DNA of 64,000 nucleotides from Mytilus edulis. Taxonomy: Eukaryota. Made by a program: the position numbers and the translations under genes. Positions 41,239 to 62,310 of this stretch are shown here, in pieces. Where the stretch lies: positions 94,054,001 to 94,118,000 of the forward strand of contig NC_092345.1 in the NCBI RefSeq assembly GCF_963676685.1, given 5' to 3'. The notes beneath the pieces were generated by a model, which was given only the letters and a program-made list of their open reading frames with translations, had not been told where the DNA came from and ran no database searches. The first letter of the stretch is position 1, and each line of letters opens with the position of its first letter.

Positions 41239-44011
41239 TGTCAAAATCTGCTTATGTCACACAAATTATCCTTACAACTATCTATTGACAAAGTCTACAC
41301 ATATATAGTACACACAGTATAAATACTTATTACATTTATGTCAATATCAATATAAAGAAAAAGTTACAATAAATAAAAACCATAAAAGTAACACTTGCAC
41401 CAAACATACATAGAAAATGATTCAGTTATTTAAATGAATAAGGTAGGCTTTGATAAGTAACCTTTGTTGCATATAATATGCCCACATTCAATACACAAGT
41501 GTATGCCCAATACAATGTTGAGACAGGCTCTGATCTGGATTTTTATCTTCACATGAGGTACTGAGAATTAATATACATATGTATAATTAAGCCAATAAAT
41601 GAATAAATATTGTTGTTGTATACTTTATAGCTGTGTTATTCCATACTGAGTCTATCAACAAAATGAGAACTTTATTTTAAAAAGTTTTTTTACTTCACCT
41701 GCTATCTTTTCTAAATTGTTAAAAATCTTCTTAAACATAAGTAATGTTTGATCAATAAAAACTATTTTTCATAATTATTGTTTTGTAAAACAGGGTTATT
41801 CTTTACCAATTTGGCAACCACCCACATTTTTTAAACAGTTTTTATGATATATTTCATCAACCAAACCTTTTATTTTTAATTTCTAGTCTTCAACATCAAT
41901 ATAAAAAAGACCCACCATGCTGACAAAAAAAGTTACCACTTGAAATACATGAGAGAGAATAATAAATATATTAAATATGTACACTAAATACACTCAATAT
42001 ATATAGATATGATGGTACCTGTACAAAGTCTCTACTGTACTGACACTATTTAAAACACTATAATTAGTACAACATACAATTTGATTAACTAATAATTTAT
42101 TAATGTTAAAACTGGTTCATATTGCACATTTATTTACTAATGTTACATGTTTGTGTTTTGGCCTATGTAGTTTTTGCCACAAATATATTCATTTTTAATG
42201 TCTTTCTGAATATTAAAACATTTCAGTTTCACAATCATTCCTTTTTAATAACTTCTTGAAAATAAGCTTTTCTCCAGATCAAACATCAACCCCTTATATT
42301 GATATCCTTTCCATATCCTAACAAAGGTGCTTCTAACTGGAACGCTTCCCTCTTGATAACAATGCAATCAATTTGCAGTAGTTATACATTAGAAGTACTC
42401 TCACTGAAAGAATATCTAAAGGGTGAAATCTTTTTAATATCGAAAAAGAAGAATACAATTACTCTTCCAACAACCTCTAATCAAAGCCCATACATTAATG
42501 GAATTCTTATGAAAAGGTTAAGTTTTAAGCTTAAAATAGAAAACATCTCCATGTTAACCTACTTTCACTTCTGAAAGTGAAACAAAGAGCACATTGTTTT
42601 CCTACATCTATTATAAAGAAAATGTCTTTCGTCTACCTACATTCTAAAGAATGTGTGACTGAGAATTTATTTTCTTTATCCTACAGACAGATCCTATTGA
42701 CCTACTGTTCTATTTTTAGATAAGACCAGACCGACATAACTAGACCCAATGATCATATTGTATGTTTCTAAAGTATGCTTAGTAATTTCATATCAATGTT
42801 AATGTATAACCAATCCATTTTCATAAATACTATAATACAACCATTTTAAAATCACAATAATATGGTTTAACTTATACATGTGGCAGTATATGAGGCTTTA
42901 GGTAGAAGTATTCAACATTAAATGACAGTAAAAAGTGAAATTCAATGAGCCTTTCATCATCTTTACAGATACTTTTATTAACTTGCATGGTTTTTTTTTT
43001 CAAAATTTATACGCTTGAAAAAAAAAATTGGCTTAATTGAAAAGTATTTATTTATCAACTTCTTATGTTTCTAGACCATTTTTTTTGGACAAAATAATGC
43101 AACTTTAATGCAATGAAATATAAAAAAAAATACCATCCCTATAACATTCAAATTCAAATTAACCACACATATTTATTTCGCTTTACTAATAATTGTTCAA
43201 GTGTGATATGGATCAACCCAACCCTTCCAATTATAGAAAGCAAGTCCCGGAAAAACCCATCTGCTATTGTAAATATTTAGCAAATTCCAATGTTTTAAAA
43301 ATATTGGTGACCTTAACATTAAGGGATGAGTTTTAACACCCTTTTTTTATATGTATTACATGTCAATAATTATCCCCAAATTTGATTTGGTTGATAAATA
43401 CTGGAAAAGTGTCCAATCTATGTCTATGAAAACATTATGTGCATATTTGTCAAACATCAAATGTTAATAAATAGTCTTAAAACAGCATGATGACTTTATA
43501 AAGCTTTGGACACAGAAAAGCTTTGGAATGCTTCTTCCACTGTATGCATTGAACACATCTGAAAAATATGAAAAATCATTACTTAAAATAATTTGTCATT
43601 CCCCAAACACCTACAGTTTATTTTCATACTAGAATTCAAAATTAACCTTTACTTAGTATTTTTTCAAGAAACCGCAAAAATAGATTGCTGCAAAGTGGAA
43701 TGTGAAAATAAGTTGGATCACAATATTTGATGAGTGGTGGATGTGCACAGTACATGTATATAATGCTTATATATAGCGTGATACAAATTTCAGAAGCTCT
43801 GATTCTAGTTCCAAAGAAAAATTCTAGGAAAATTGCCTTTTTGTTCTGAATATATGAGTACACTGTATACATGAAGCTGAAGGACAATGGAAATGCATCA
43901 TCCAGTACGGCAGCTCAAATAAATGATATCAATTTTTAGGTAGCTCTGATTCCAAGTTTAAGAAATTTATATGGCTTTTTTGTTTAGTTTAGTTTAAACG
44001 TATTGATTTAA

Positions 44012-44110
44012 CCCTTTCATGCTGAATGTATCCTTTTGGCACACCCGCGCGCATGCCGAATGTATCCTTTTGGCACACCGGTGTAGATGCCGAATGTATC
44101 CTTAAGGATA
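44012..44110 (+). mobile_element. piggyBac-like left end (matching right end not found)
   Basis: TTAA|CCCTTTCATGC followed by three subterminal repeats GC.GAATGTATCCTT(TTGGCACACC). Confidence 0.5.
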
Positions 44111-47100
44111 CATAGATTTCTATTTTTAGACGGTCACAGTGCAAACAGTAAAAATAACGTTTAAACATGTTTATTGGCCCCGTTGCTCCATGGATGTTAT
44201 GATAAACACCAAATGCATTCCATATTTTAGTATCGGGCGTAAAAACACTGTTAAAATATGTTTTTTCAAAGATTGTTGAGAAAAAAAAACCTCGTGAAAA
44301 ACAAAATGGCGGAATCATAAACAATCGTGGTCAGGCGTTTCATTTCGAGTTGAAACATTTAGAAAACTTAACCTGCGGTCATGAAAGTCGTTTAACTTGT
44401 ACAAAAGTAGTAATTGTACGTATATTTTGGAGTTTTGGGAAGGATATTTGTAAAACAACCTGAAATCGAGACTTTGATTGTCGCCATCAGCTGCATGACT
44501 GTAAATTATTATTTCTCGTTGCCGTTTGACAGTCAACCTTTCATAACCGATTGAGTCAGAGTCTTTTATCATCGTTTTAGACACTCTCAGTCGTCTGTAG
44601 TGCTATGGATTTTATTTCTTTTCATTGAAAGGCTGTACTGCAGTATGTAGGTCGACAAAACGAAAGTCCACTTTCATTTAAAATAGAACCGGATATTGAC
44701 AAAATTGACAGCTGAGTCTATAAATAGTGCGGTTAAAAAAAACATGTGTTGTTACATCTCATAGCTTTATTATTTTACAAAAAAGTGGTTTCGAAAGATG
44801 AGACAATATTCTGCAATCTTATTCGTATTTTAATCGAGTGTAAATTATTTTCCATGAGCATACAAAAATTTTAAAAGTCGTTTTGAAAAACAATGTTGAC
44901 AGAGAGTAAAAAAAAACCTGAAAGATGCCAAGATGCTTATTTTTTATTTATGTAACAAATTGTTTTCTTTCTCATTTAAAAAAAAAAAACATTGTCAAAG
45001 AAGGGAAGTAAAAAAAATTATATTTGTTTTAGAAGGGAAGGGAAAAATATTTTTTTTCAGAATTGGAAAGGGAAATAAAAAGAAAAAAATTTTGCTGAAG
45101 GGAAGTGATTTTTTCCCAGAAGTGAAATAACATAAGGTGTTGTCTGCTGCTTCTGATTAATCTTGAGATGGCATAATTTATTATTGTAAAATAATACTGT
45201 TCCTGTATGTTTCTGAAAATAATTAATAGGGGTTAAATTTTTTGTTTTGGAAATTATGAGGAAGAACTACCCCCTCATGTTGCACACAAACACAAAAGAT
45301 GAATGACCAGTGCGGCAGTGCCTAAAGTTTATTACAATTTGTAATGCCAATATAAGCAACCATTTTTAACACTAGGAAACATCTTTTTTGTGTTCAAAAA
45401 GGGACTTCAAATGGTATATAAATTGCTTCTTCTCTCAGATGCCAAGTCATATACATGTAGTAGTAAGGAGTAAGAGAAAAAAAAACATCAAATTGGAAAT
45501 GGGATAATGGGACCACATTAGGGTCTTGTAGCTGTTACCTTGTAAGTCAGCTTCTTAAATTTACACTGTTTATGGGACTAGTACACATAAGCAGGTGTCT
45601 TCATACCACATTAATATATATGCTTATATGTAAGTAACACTTGCTGATGGATGTAATAGATTAATTAATAGACTGGTAACAATGGTTATAGTATAACAAC
45701 CTCACTCAAGTAATTTTTATTCATTTTTTGACAAACCATTCCATTAAATAACCCAACAATATAAACAGAAAATAAAAAAAAAATAGTTTCCATTGTCCTC
45801 ACTCAATTTCAAAATCAAAATTTATGATATGAATCCTCATATTCAACGAGTACGCAGCATTATAAACTAAAACAAATTTCATAGCTTCCAAATGTTATTA
45901 CAAATTATATCAGCTCCCTGATGTAGCTTTCCATCAATGAATTTCAAAACTGCATTTTGCAGGAAAACATGTACATGATGTATTTTAATCCCTTTTAGGC
46001 ACTAGTTTTCAACGACTTGAATCTGTGTCTACATATCATGAGTTTAAATAAAACAGTACCCAGTAGTTGTCTGCATATATTATCTTCTTTACCTCTACTG
46101 CATGTGATTAATAAATTTAACTATGATGAAAATAAATTTATAAAATATTAATTGTCAGCTTTTGGTACATGTATTTATTTGTGCTGCTTTAACAAACATC
46201 AGTTGATGTATTTGTCAATTTTATGTTATTTTATACATCCTAAATTTTGACTACATAGTTCAGATTTTAATTTCAACAATTTAAAAAAAAAAAAAATTCA
46301 CTAGGCACTTTATCTTGAGATACAGCTGAATATTTGCTTCTTTGTAGTACATTTATTAATGCTTAAATATATTTTTTATATTATACAACCCCCATGACCC
46401 AAATCAAATTTATTGGAAATTTCATGGATCACTTTTTGGGTTCATATACTTTTATTTTTTGGAAAGCTTTATCTCATTCACATGTGGAAGAATTAAGGCA
46501 TTATTGGGATTAATTCATAAAGTGAAGAAGTTCCATCGATTATTATTGCAGTTAAAAATTATTTTTAGTTAGTTCAGTAATCGCACATGGGGGTATTTTA
46601 CAACTCGTCTGGAAGAGTTATTGTCTGTTATCGAGCCCGAGTTATCTTTCTTCTTTCGAAACCGTAAACAAATGGCGGCCAAAATCTACGTGAACGACAG
46701 TCTCGATTTACAAGTATTTTTGCCAAGAAAACGAAAACAGAAAGAAAATAACTCAGTAGCTCATAGAAATAGAATTTTGAAACACACATGTGCTTAAGAA
46801 ATGTTGCCGAATGGAAGTAAAAGTGATATACGGTAGGCAATGATAAAAATTATCTTCCGACTCAATCAATCTACGTTTTCGACACACGTTTTTAAGGTAA
46901 ACTGCTTCTCACTCTATGAAGAGGTTACGGACGCTCAACCTATGATATTTATCTACATTTTATCAAAGTTTGACCGCACAACTCGCTACGGTTCCCGAGT
47001 TTTCAGTGACCAAAACTACGAAGTCGTTTTTGCTGAAGCACATGTCAAATTAATCCCTGTCAAGCAAACGGCTCGTGCAAATAAATTTAGACCAGGGAAT

Positions 47101-47174
47101 CAAGCGAAAAAAATTAATTCAGTAGTGAAAGTGTTAAAGTGGATTGGGAAACAATCTATTGAAACTTATACTAA

Positions 47175-47439
47175 TCCCTTTCCCCTTTGCAGGTGCAAGT
47201 GCTGCCTTGAAGCTGCATAAGCCTGCACTTTTTCGAAATCTACAAGGGTGTCTTTTACATGCAAGAGACATGGCTCTCTCTTAACATGGGTCAGCAATCA
47301 TCGTTTCTCAAGACCATACTCACAAATGGTGTCAATGGAGAGCTGAAAATTCAGACCCTGAAATTCTCTTTTCAGAACAGGGATAGAACCAGGAACCTTT
47401 GTGTTGGTAGTCTGATGCGCTAACCACTACAAAACGGAC
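47175..47439 (-). mobile_element. tRNA-derived SINE
   Basis: Minus strand begins GTCCGTTTTGTAGTGGTTAGCGCATCAGACTACCAACACAAAGGTTCCTGGTTCTATCCC (A/B-box-like), then non-tRNA body. Confidence 0.65.
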
Positions 47440-47644
47440 ATTTTGAGTAAGAAGATATTAGTATTTGGTTTTAAAATAAGATGAGTGATGAGTTATGAGG
47501 ATCTGATTTGTAATTCCTGAAAAAAAGCAGCAAAATATAAATGAGGAGACAAAGCAGTATTACTATGAGGAGTGGGGGCATGAAGAGACAAATAATAGTG
47601 TGATGCACATGCAACTCCATGGATCAGTCTATCATCTTACTTAA

Positions 47645-56032
<8,388 letters not shown>

Positions 56033-56430
56033 CTGGAAAAATGAAATATATCTAATGTTGGTTTCGATTAAATATATGTATATATTAGTATGATTCATTC
56101 ATTCCAGAGATTTTCTATACTAATGGGACGTGTCTCTATTGATTTTATTTAATTACCAAGCCGCTTTTGTAAAGCTACACCCCAACAATCAACTTAGTTA
56201 CGTTTCTATGATATACGAAGCTAGAAGTTATTTGCGTATTTCAAAGTATATTTTAATTTAATGTGTTTATATGAAATCTTATTAAAATCCATTTATATGG
56301 TAATTCTGAGTAAAACCTCGATGTCATTTCGGGGAAAGTTCTTTAGAGCAATTTGTTTCATCTGTAAGGTAACAAATCTGTCATCTTTTTCAAAATAATG
56401 TCAATTGTGGGAAGAAATTTTTAAATATAT

Positions 56431-57260
56431 TGTGAACGGACTGATCTAACATTCAAGTAAAAGTAACGTTTTCCGGATACCTTTTTACTTAATGCCAGCG
56501 CAGCCACGAAATACCAAATAAACCCAGGTTCTTTACATAAACAATGAAGACCAGTTCTGCCCTGGACACCTTGTCACACTAGGGGACAAGTGTCTACAAC
56601 AACCGACATAACGGACAATTCTCTGGGAGGACAAAGCTAATACTTGACCGGATAATGATTTGGGCAAGTATAAGCCAGCATTCTAGGAAAAGAAGTCTTA
56701 AAGAAATAATACCTCAATAATCATATTTATTTCATACCAAAATACACAATAGATATTCTAATATTATGGCAGTTAGTTGTACAACAATACAGAAGTTAAA
56801 TAAAGTGGGGGAAATGTCTTACTCTAAGTAGGGATTTTAAACTGTATCATTTAAACCATTTTATACCCAAGTCCTAAAGTTTAAACCCAAAATGAAGCCA
56901 AAACATTTAAGAGACGAATTGGTCCAGAACAGTAATAGTAAACAGCATGGCTGTAATGACTACTGATAGTTACCTTCGAGGAAAGTATGAATTCTGGACA
57001 ATGTATTAAATGTGAATTCAGTATATAATTAATATCAAAATGAGTTAACAAATGGTACTTTCTTGAAATAAGATTTGCAATTTAAGCACCACCATCTTAC
57101 CTTTAACTTTTAATAACCGGTTTAGAAAAGGAGTAAAGTTATTGTGTACATACACACAGGTGAAAGTTTTCATGTAAACAATAGTAATTATATAAAAATG
57201 TAAATATGCTTAAACTTAAAAGGGAGCTAATAAATAACTCTTAATTCCAATATTGCCACA
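56431..57260 (-). repeat. Gypsy 3' LTR (830 bp)
   Basis: TGTGGCAATA...TCCGTTCACA on the minus strand, preceded by the PPT; flank ATAT is the candidate 4-bp TSD. Confidence 0.92.
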
Positions 57261-57481
57261 TTCCTCCCCACTTAAAGATCAAATGTCATCATTTTATCTA
57301 ACAAAAATAATGAAGAAATATGTAAACGTAATGTTACATGTATATAAAAAAATATATCAAAATGTTCAAGAAATATGTATACAAAAGTTCAATAAATATG
57401 TATCAAAATATTAAAAAAAATATGCATCAAAATATCCATCAATATATAAACGGAATATAAACAAAAATTGGTCACTTAACG

Positions 57482-58048
57482 TTAATGTTTCTTCGCTTTT
57501 ATAACTGTCCTTGTCAAAGTATTCTTGTCGAAATTAAATTTCAAATGTTCGTCCCTCGAATTATAGTATTTGTCCTCTAATTTTGGTTTTTTCCCCTTCT
57601 CAACATATTGTTTACGGGTTTCTTGAGCCTCTTCCTTGGCTTTTCGCTTCCTTTCCTCAACTTTCTCCCTCAATTGTTTTGCTTCTTCCCTTTCCTTTAC
57701 GTCTCCCACTCGATAAGGCAAAACATCCTTCGGGTCAATGAAATTTTTATTATTAACCTCTATACACCTATATCTATCTTCAGAGCATTTATGGTCCTTA
57801 ACGAGATGTTTCTTTAGTACCTGTAATTTCCTTCTAGACAAATCACATATCTGACAGGTATATAAGGTCAACTTTTCTTTGTGTACACTACCAAAGTGTG
57901 ACTTGTACTCGTTAAATGAGCGGAAGAATTGGGTTTTTCCACATTCTTCTATATTACAATACGCCCCAACAGCTGGCCATAAATCTCTCAAGTGATCATT
58001 TTGAAAACTTTTATATTCATTATCACACACATGTAATTGTAACTCCAT
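57482..58048 (-). CDS. Gypsy accessory ORF3: two C2H2 zinc fingers plus charged helical tail, 188 aa
   Basis: CNIEEC..F..F..Y..HFGSVH and YTCQIC..LKKHLVKDH; splice acceptor tatattttcag|A immediately before the ATG; lies between pol and the PPT. Confidence 0.8.
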   Translation of the reverse strand: MELQLHVCDNEYKSFQNDHLRDLWPAVGAYCNIEECGKTQFFRSFNEYKSHFGSVHKEKLTLYTCQICDLSRRKLQVLKKHLVKDHKCSEDRYRCIEVNNKNFIDPKDVLPYRVGDVKEREEAKQLREKVEERKRKAKEEAQETRKQYVEKGKKPKLEDKYYNSRDEHLKFNFDKNTLTRTVIKAKKH

Positions 58049-58343
58049 TCTGAAAATATATAATTAATAAACATATAAATTTGTCTATTTTCAATAAATC
58101 TTTTCACAGTAATATATATATATTTTTATATATATCTATGTCACTGACTTTAATCTGCAAAAATCTACAGTAAAGAAAAAATATTCATTATTCCTATATA
58201 TATTATATACAAACACAAAAATTATGTATATATGCATACCTTCTAACAATACCATTTATGATGGCGTGTGGGCCCTTTCACAACATCACAAACAGTAATG
58301 TAGACAAGTACTAAAAGTAAATGAGCGAAACAATAAAACAAAA

Positions 58344-61300
58344 TTATAGAGTAAATATTTGTCTTGGTTTAATAACACGACCAAAGCGAGTTGTCACTGG
58401 TGGAGTTAACGTTTGTACATTTTCGTGTGGTGTAACGATATGCTCTTGTATAGTTGGAGTATGTGCAGCTCGGTATGGTGTCAAATGATCTACATGTACG
58501 ACTAATTGTTTAGTACTTGTGTCTTTTTGTATTCTGTATGTCAAATCAGTGATTTTCTTAATAACTTTGTATGGACCGGTCCAGCCTAATCCAAGTTTCT
58601 TATTTGCTTCTGGAGGATACCATCTCCAAACAAATGAGTTTTCCTCAAAACTTCTTATTTTCAAGTTTTTATCATAATTTTCTTTTTGTCTATTTGCACT
58701 TAAACCAGATTGTGTATGTGCTAACTGAAATGCATTTCTAAGAGCTCCTTGAACCCACTCAACATATGCAATTGGACAAGGTATACTTTTATATCCTTGA
58801 GGTAAGCCAAACATAACATCAATTGGACATCTTAATTCATGTCCAAACATCAAGAGATTTGGAGAACATTTTTGTGCTTGCATGTTGAGTGGCTCTGTAT
58901 GCCATGTTAATAAATGGAATGTGATCGTCCCAATCATTTCTATGTTCATTAACAAATAAACGTAGAATTGATTGTAAAGTTTGATTGAAACGTTCAACCA
59001 TTCCGTCAGACTGGGGTCTGTATGGACATGTTCGAGTTTTGTCAATTCCTAATTTGTCACAAATTGCGGCAAATAGAACAGATTCAAATTCTCGGCCTTG
59101 ATCTGTATGAATTTGGAATGGACAACCAAATCTGCAAATGAATTCTGTAACAAGTTTGTCAGCTACTGTAATAGCTTGGTGATTTGGTATTGCATAAGAT
59201 TCTGTCCATTTAGTGAAATAATCTTCCACTACCATAATGTATTCATTTCCACCCGTAGTAATGGGCAAAGGACCTATGATGTCAATTGCTATTCTGTCTA
59301 AAGGATACGTAGAAACACTGGATTTCAAAGGTGATTTCCCTTTCCCTGGTCCAGGTTTCCCTTTAGCACAAAGATCACAACTATTAATCCATAACTTTAT
59401 AGAATCTGACATATTTGGCCAATAAAATCTTTTCTTTATGAGATCTAAAGTTTTGTCTCTTCCAAAATGAGCTGAATATTTTGTACAATGTAACTGTTGA
59501 AAAATGAAATTTCGTATCTGTTCTGGAGCTACAAATTGATAAACCAGCCCCTGATTTTCTCTTTCAAAAAATTTACATAACAGGTTATTCTGAATGGTCA
59601 AGGATTCCCATAACCCATAAAGAATTTTTGTTTCTTTTGATTTGTTTTGAATTTCAGACTTTTTGGGTTTTTCGTCAGATTGTAACAAATTGTTCAATAT
59701 AAAACTTATATTTTGGTCATTCTCTTGCATTTCTCTTAATTGCGAATTCGACCAATAACTGAGCCAGTTTGATGTTATGTCAAAACTAAGTTCTTCTGTA
59801 TTGACATTGACCGGTCTGATAGCTAAATGGGTCGCAAGACAACCTCTGACGCTATCAGTGTCGCCGTCAGTTTCCGTGTCATTGATAACTGATTGAACAC
59901 TTAAGCAGGAGGCATGGCCATCCTTGACGGTATTCAGGTCATCAATACAATCCGTAGTTTTGACATTTTCAAAATATTCTATATCTGTTTTCATTTCGGT
60001 ACATTCTGGACAATTGATTCGTTTACATTTCTGTTTTGGTGTGCGCGATAAACCATCTGCGTTTGTATGCAATGAACCCTTGCGGTGTTGAATTTCCATG
60101 TCGTATGTGTCTATGATAGAAATCCATCTCGCGATCATACCTTCCGGGTTTTTGAAATTTTTTAGCCACTTGAGCGACGCATGATCTGTACGTAAAGTAA
60201 ATTTTTGGCCATATAAATAATGTCTGAATTGGCACAAGAAAATAATGACCGCTAGCAGTTCACGTTTTGTGGTACAATACTGCTTTTGTGCTCTGTTTAA
60301 AGTTCGACTGGAATATGCAATGACATGTTCCTCACCATTCTGGATTTGCGAAAGAACAGCTCCGACTCCTGTTTGACTAGCATCTGTATCTAGTATGTAA
60401 GCACCATCTTCACTTGGAAATGATAATGTCGGTGCAGTTGTTAAGCATTCTTTTAACGTCTCAAACGCGATTTTACATTTATCATCCCAAATGAATGATT
60501 TATTCTTTTGAGTTAACTGTTTCAGAGGATGAGCGATAGTTGCAAAATCTGGTATGAAACGGCGGTAATAACCCGCGAAGCCTAAAAAACTTCGTAACTC
60601 TTTGACATTTGATGGTGTGTGCCAATTCTGAACGGATTGAATCTTTTCTGAATCGCATTTAATGCCTTCTGCAGAGACAATGTGTCCCAAAAATTTGACT
60701 TCTGTTTGAAAAAACGAGCATTTACTTGGTTTCAGTTTAAGATTTGCTTCTCTAAAACACTGAAATACGGTTTTCAAATTATCAAAAGCTGTTTCAAAGT
60801 CTTTTCCATAAATTATGACGTCATCCAGATAACAAAGACAACGATGCCATTGTAAACTACCCAAAACCTGATTCATGAGCCGGCTAAATGTAGCGGGAGA
60901 GTTGCATAGACCCATCGGCATTACAAGAAACTGATATAAGCCTTTATGTGTCGAAAAGGCAGTTTTGTATTTGTCTTCTTCGGCAACCTCTACCTGAAAA
61001 TAACCACTGGCTAAATCAACGCATGAAAACCACTTTCCGCCGCTCAAGGTATCAAGAGTGTCATCAATACGTGGTAAAGGGTAGGCGTCTTTAACTGTTC
61101 TTTCATTTAATTTTCTAAAGTCCACACAGAATCGAATAGACCCATCCCTTTTCTTTCCAAGGCACACTGGTGCTGCCCATGGACTACAACTGGGTTCAAT
61201 TAAATTTTTGTCAATCATTTTTTTCAATTCTTCTTCAAGAACATCCCTCTGTTTCAAAGCTACTCTTCGTGGAGATATCTTTACAGGTTTTGCATCACCA

Positions 61301-62310
61301 GTATCTATGTAGTGTTTTACTCTATCAGTTCGCCCAAGAGAACCATCAGGACCAACGAATATATCTCTATACTCATGTATAAGTGAAGACAGTTTTTGCT
61401 TCTCTTCATCTTTTAAGTCTGATGATACTTTATCTAACATAGATTTTAAATGCTCGGGCATGTCAACATCTTTTACAGTATTAACTTGTTCTGATATGTC
61501 ATTATATTTTGAATCTGTTTGTGACTCAACATTATCCTCATCAAAAACTTGTTCAATTGTCATCAAGTGTGCAATCTGTTCACCTTGTTTAAGTTTAACT
61601 GATTTTGAATTCAAGTTCATGATAGCTAGGTAAATTGTATTTTCTGTATCAACTAGGCTTTTTGCCACTAAAAGACCTTTACTTTTCACACATTCTAATG
61701 GTTCAATAATGCCAATACCTTCTACAAATGAATCTCTTTTAGAAGCTTCAATAATCATTTCACTATTTGCAGGAATTGAAACTTGCCTAGCTATTTGAAT
61801 TCGTGAACACTGGGAACTATTTTCTTTAAAAAGAGGAATACTCTGACCATTGAAACTTAAGCATTGGCTTTTAATTTGAATGTCAATTTCATTTTGTTCA
61901 AAGAAATTCATTCCTAAGATCCCAGATGACCCTTTTATATCAGCTACAATAACTTCTTGTTTAACTAATAAAGGACCTATTGCTATATTCAAAATACATT
62001 TGCCTTTAACACTTAAAACATTGCCATTGGCAGTTGTTAATATACTATCTAGGCTAATCAACTGAGAACTTAGTTTTAATTTCTCAAAAGTATCAAAAGA
62101 AATCAGAGAAACTGGTGATCCAGTATCAACAAGAAATTTAACATCAATTTCATCAATTTTGCAAAAGGCAAAAAGACAATTTTGATTCACTAAATTTATT
62201 TGAACTCTCTTAATTGGATCTGATATCAAACTTTCAATTTTGGTTTGTGGCCTTTTTAAATTTTTAATAGCTGAAGTATTGGCCTCTAAATCAGCTTTTA
62301 ATCGTTTCCC
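58344..62310 (-). CDS. pol: Gypsy pol polyprotein (one 1-nt frameshift at ~58870)
   Basis: FLVDTGS protease, YPLPRIDD / YLDD RT, DTDAS / ELLAV / TDH RNase H, H..H..CDLC plus DIIGPL / TDQGREF / GMVER integrase; frame resumes HASTK/CSPNLLMFG to the stop at 58344. Confidence 0.95.

Noticed and set aside
44012-45236. Complete piggyBac element ending at GGGGTTAA (~45236)
   Set aside because: Right end matches only GGG-TTAA, not the rest of the left TIR.
46628-47220. ORFs of 70 and 126 aa in a CpG-richer patch
   Set aside because: No recognisable domain; probably a transposon fragment whose ends I could not define.
47375-47439. Possible tRNA gene on the minus strand
   Set aside because: No complete cloverleaf or acceptor stem; continues into a SINE body.
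57482-58048. ORF3 as an envelope gene or a kinesin exon
   Set aside because: No signal peptide, transmembrane segment or fusion features; out of phase with kinesin and inside the LTR boundaries.
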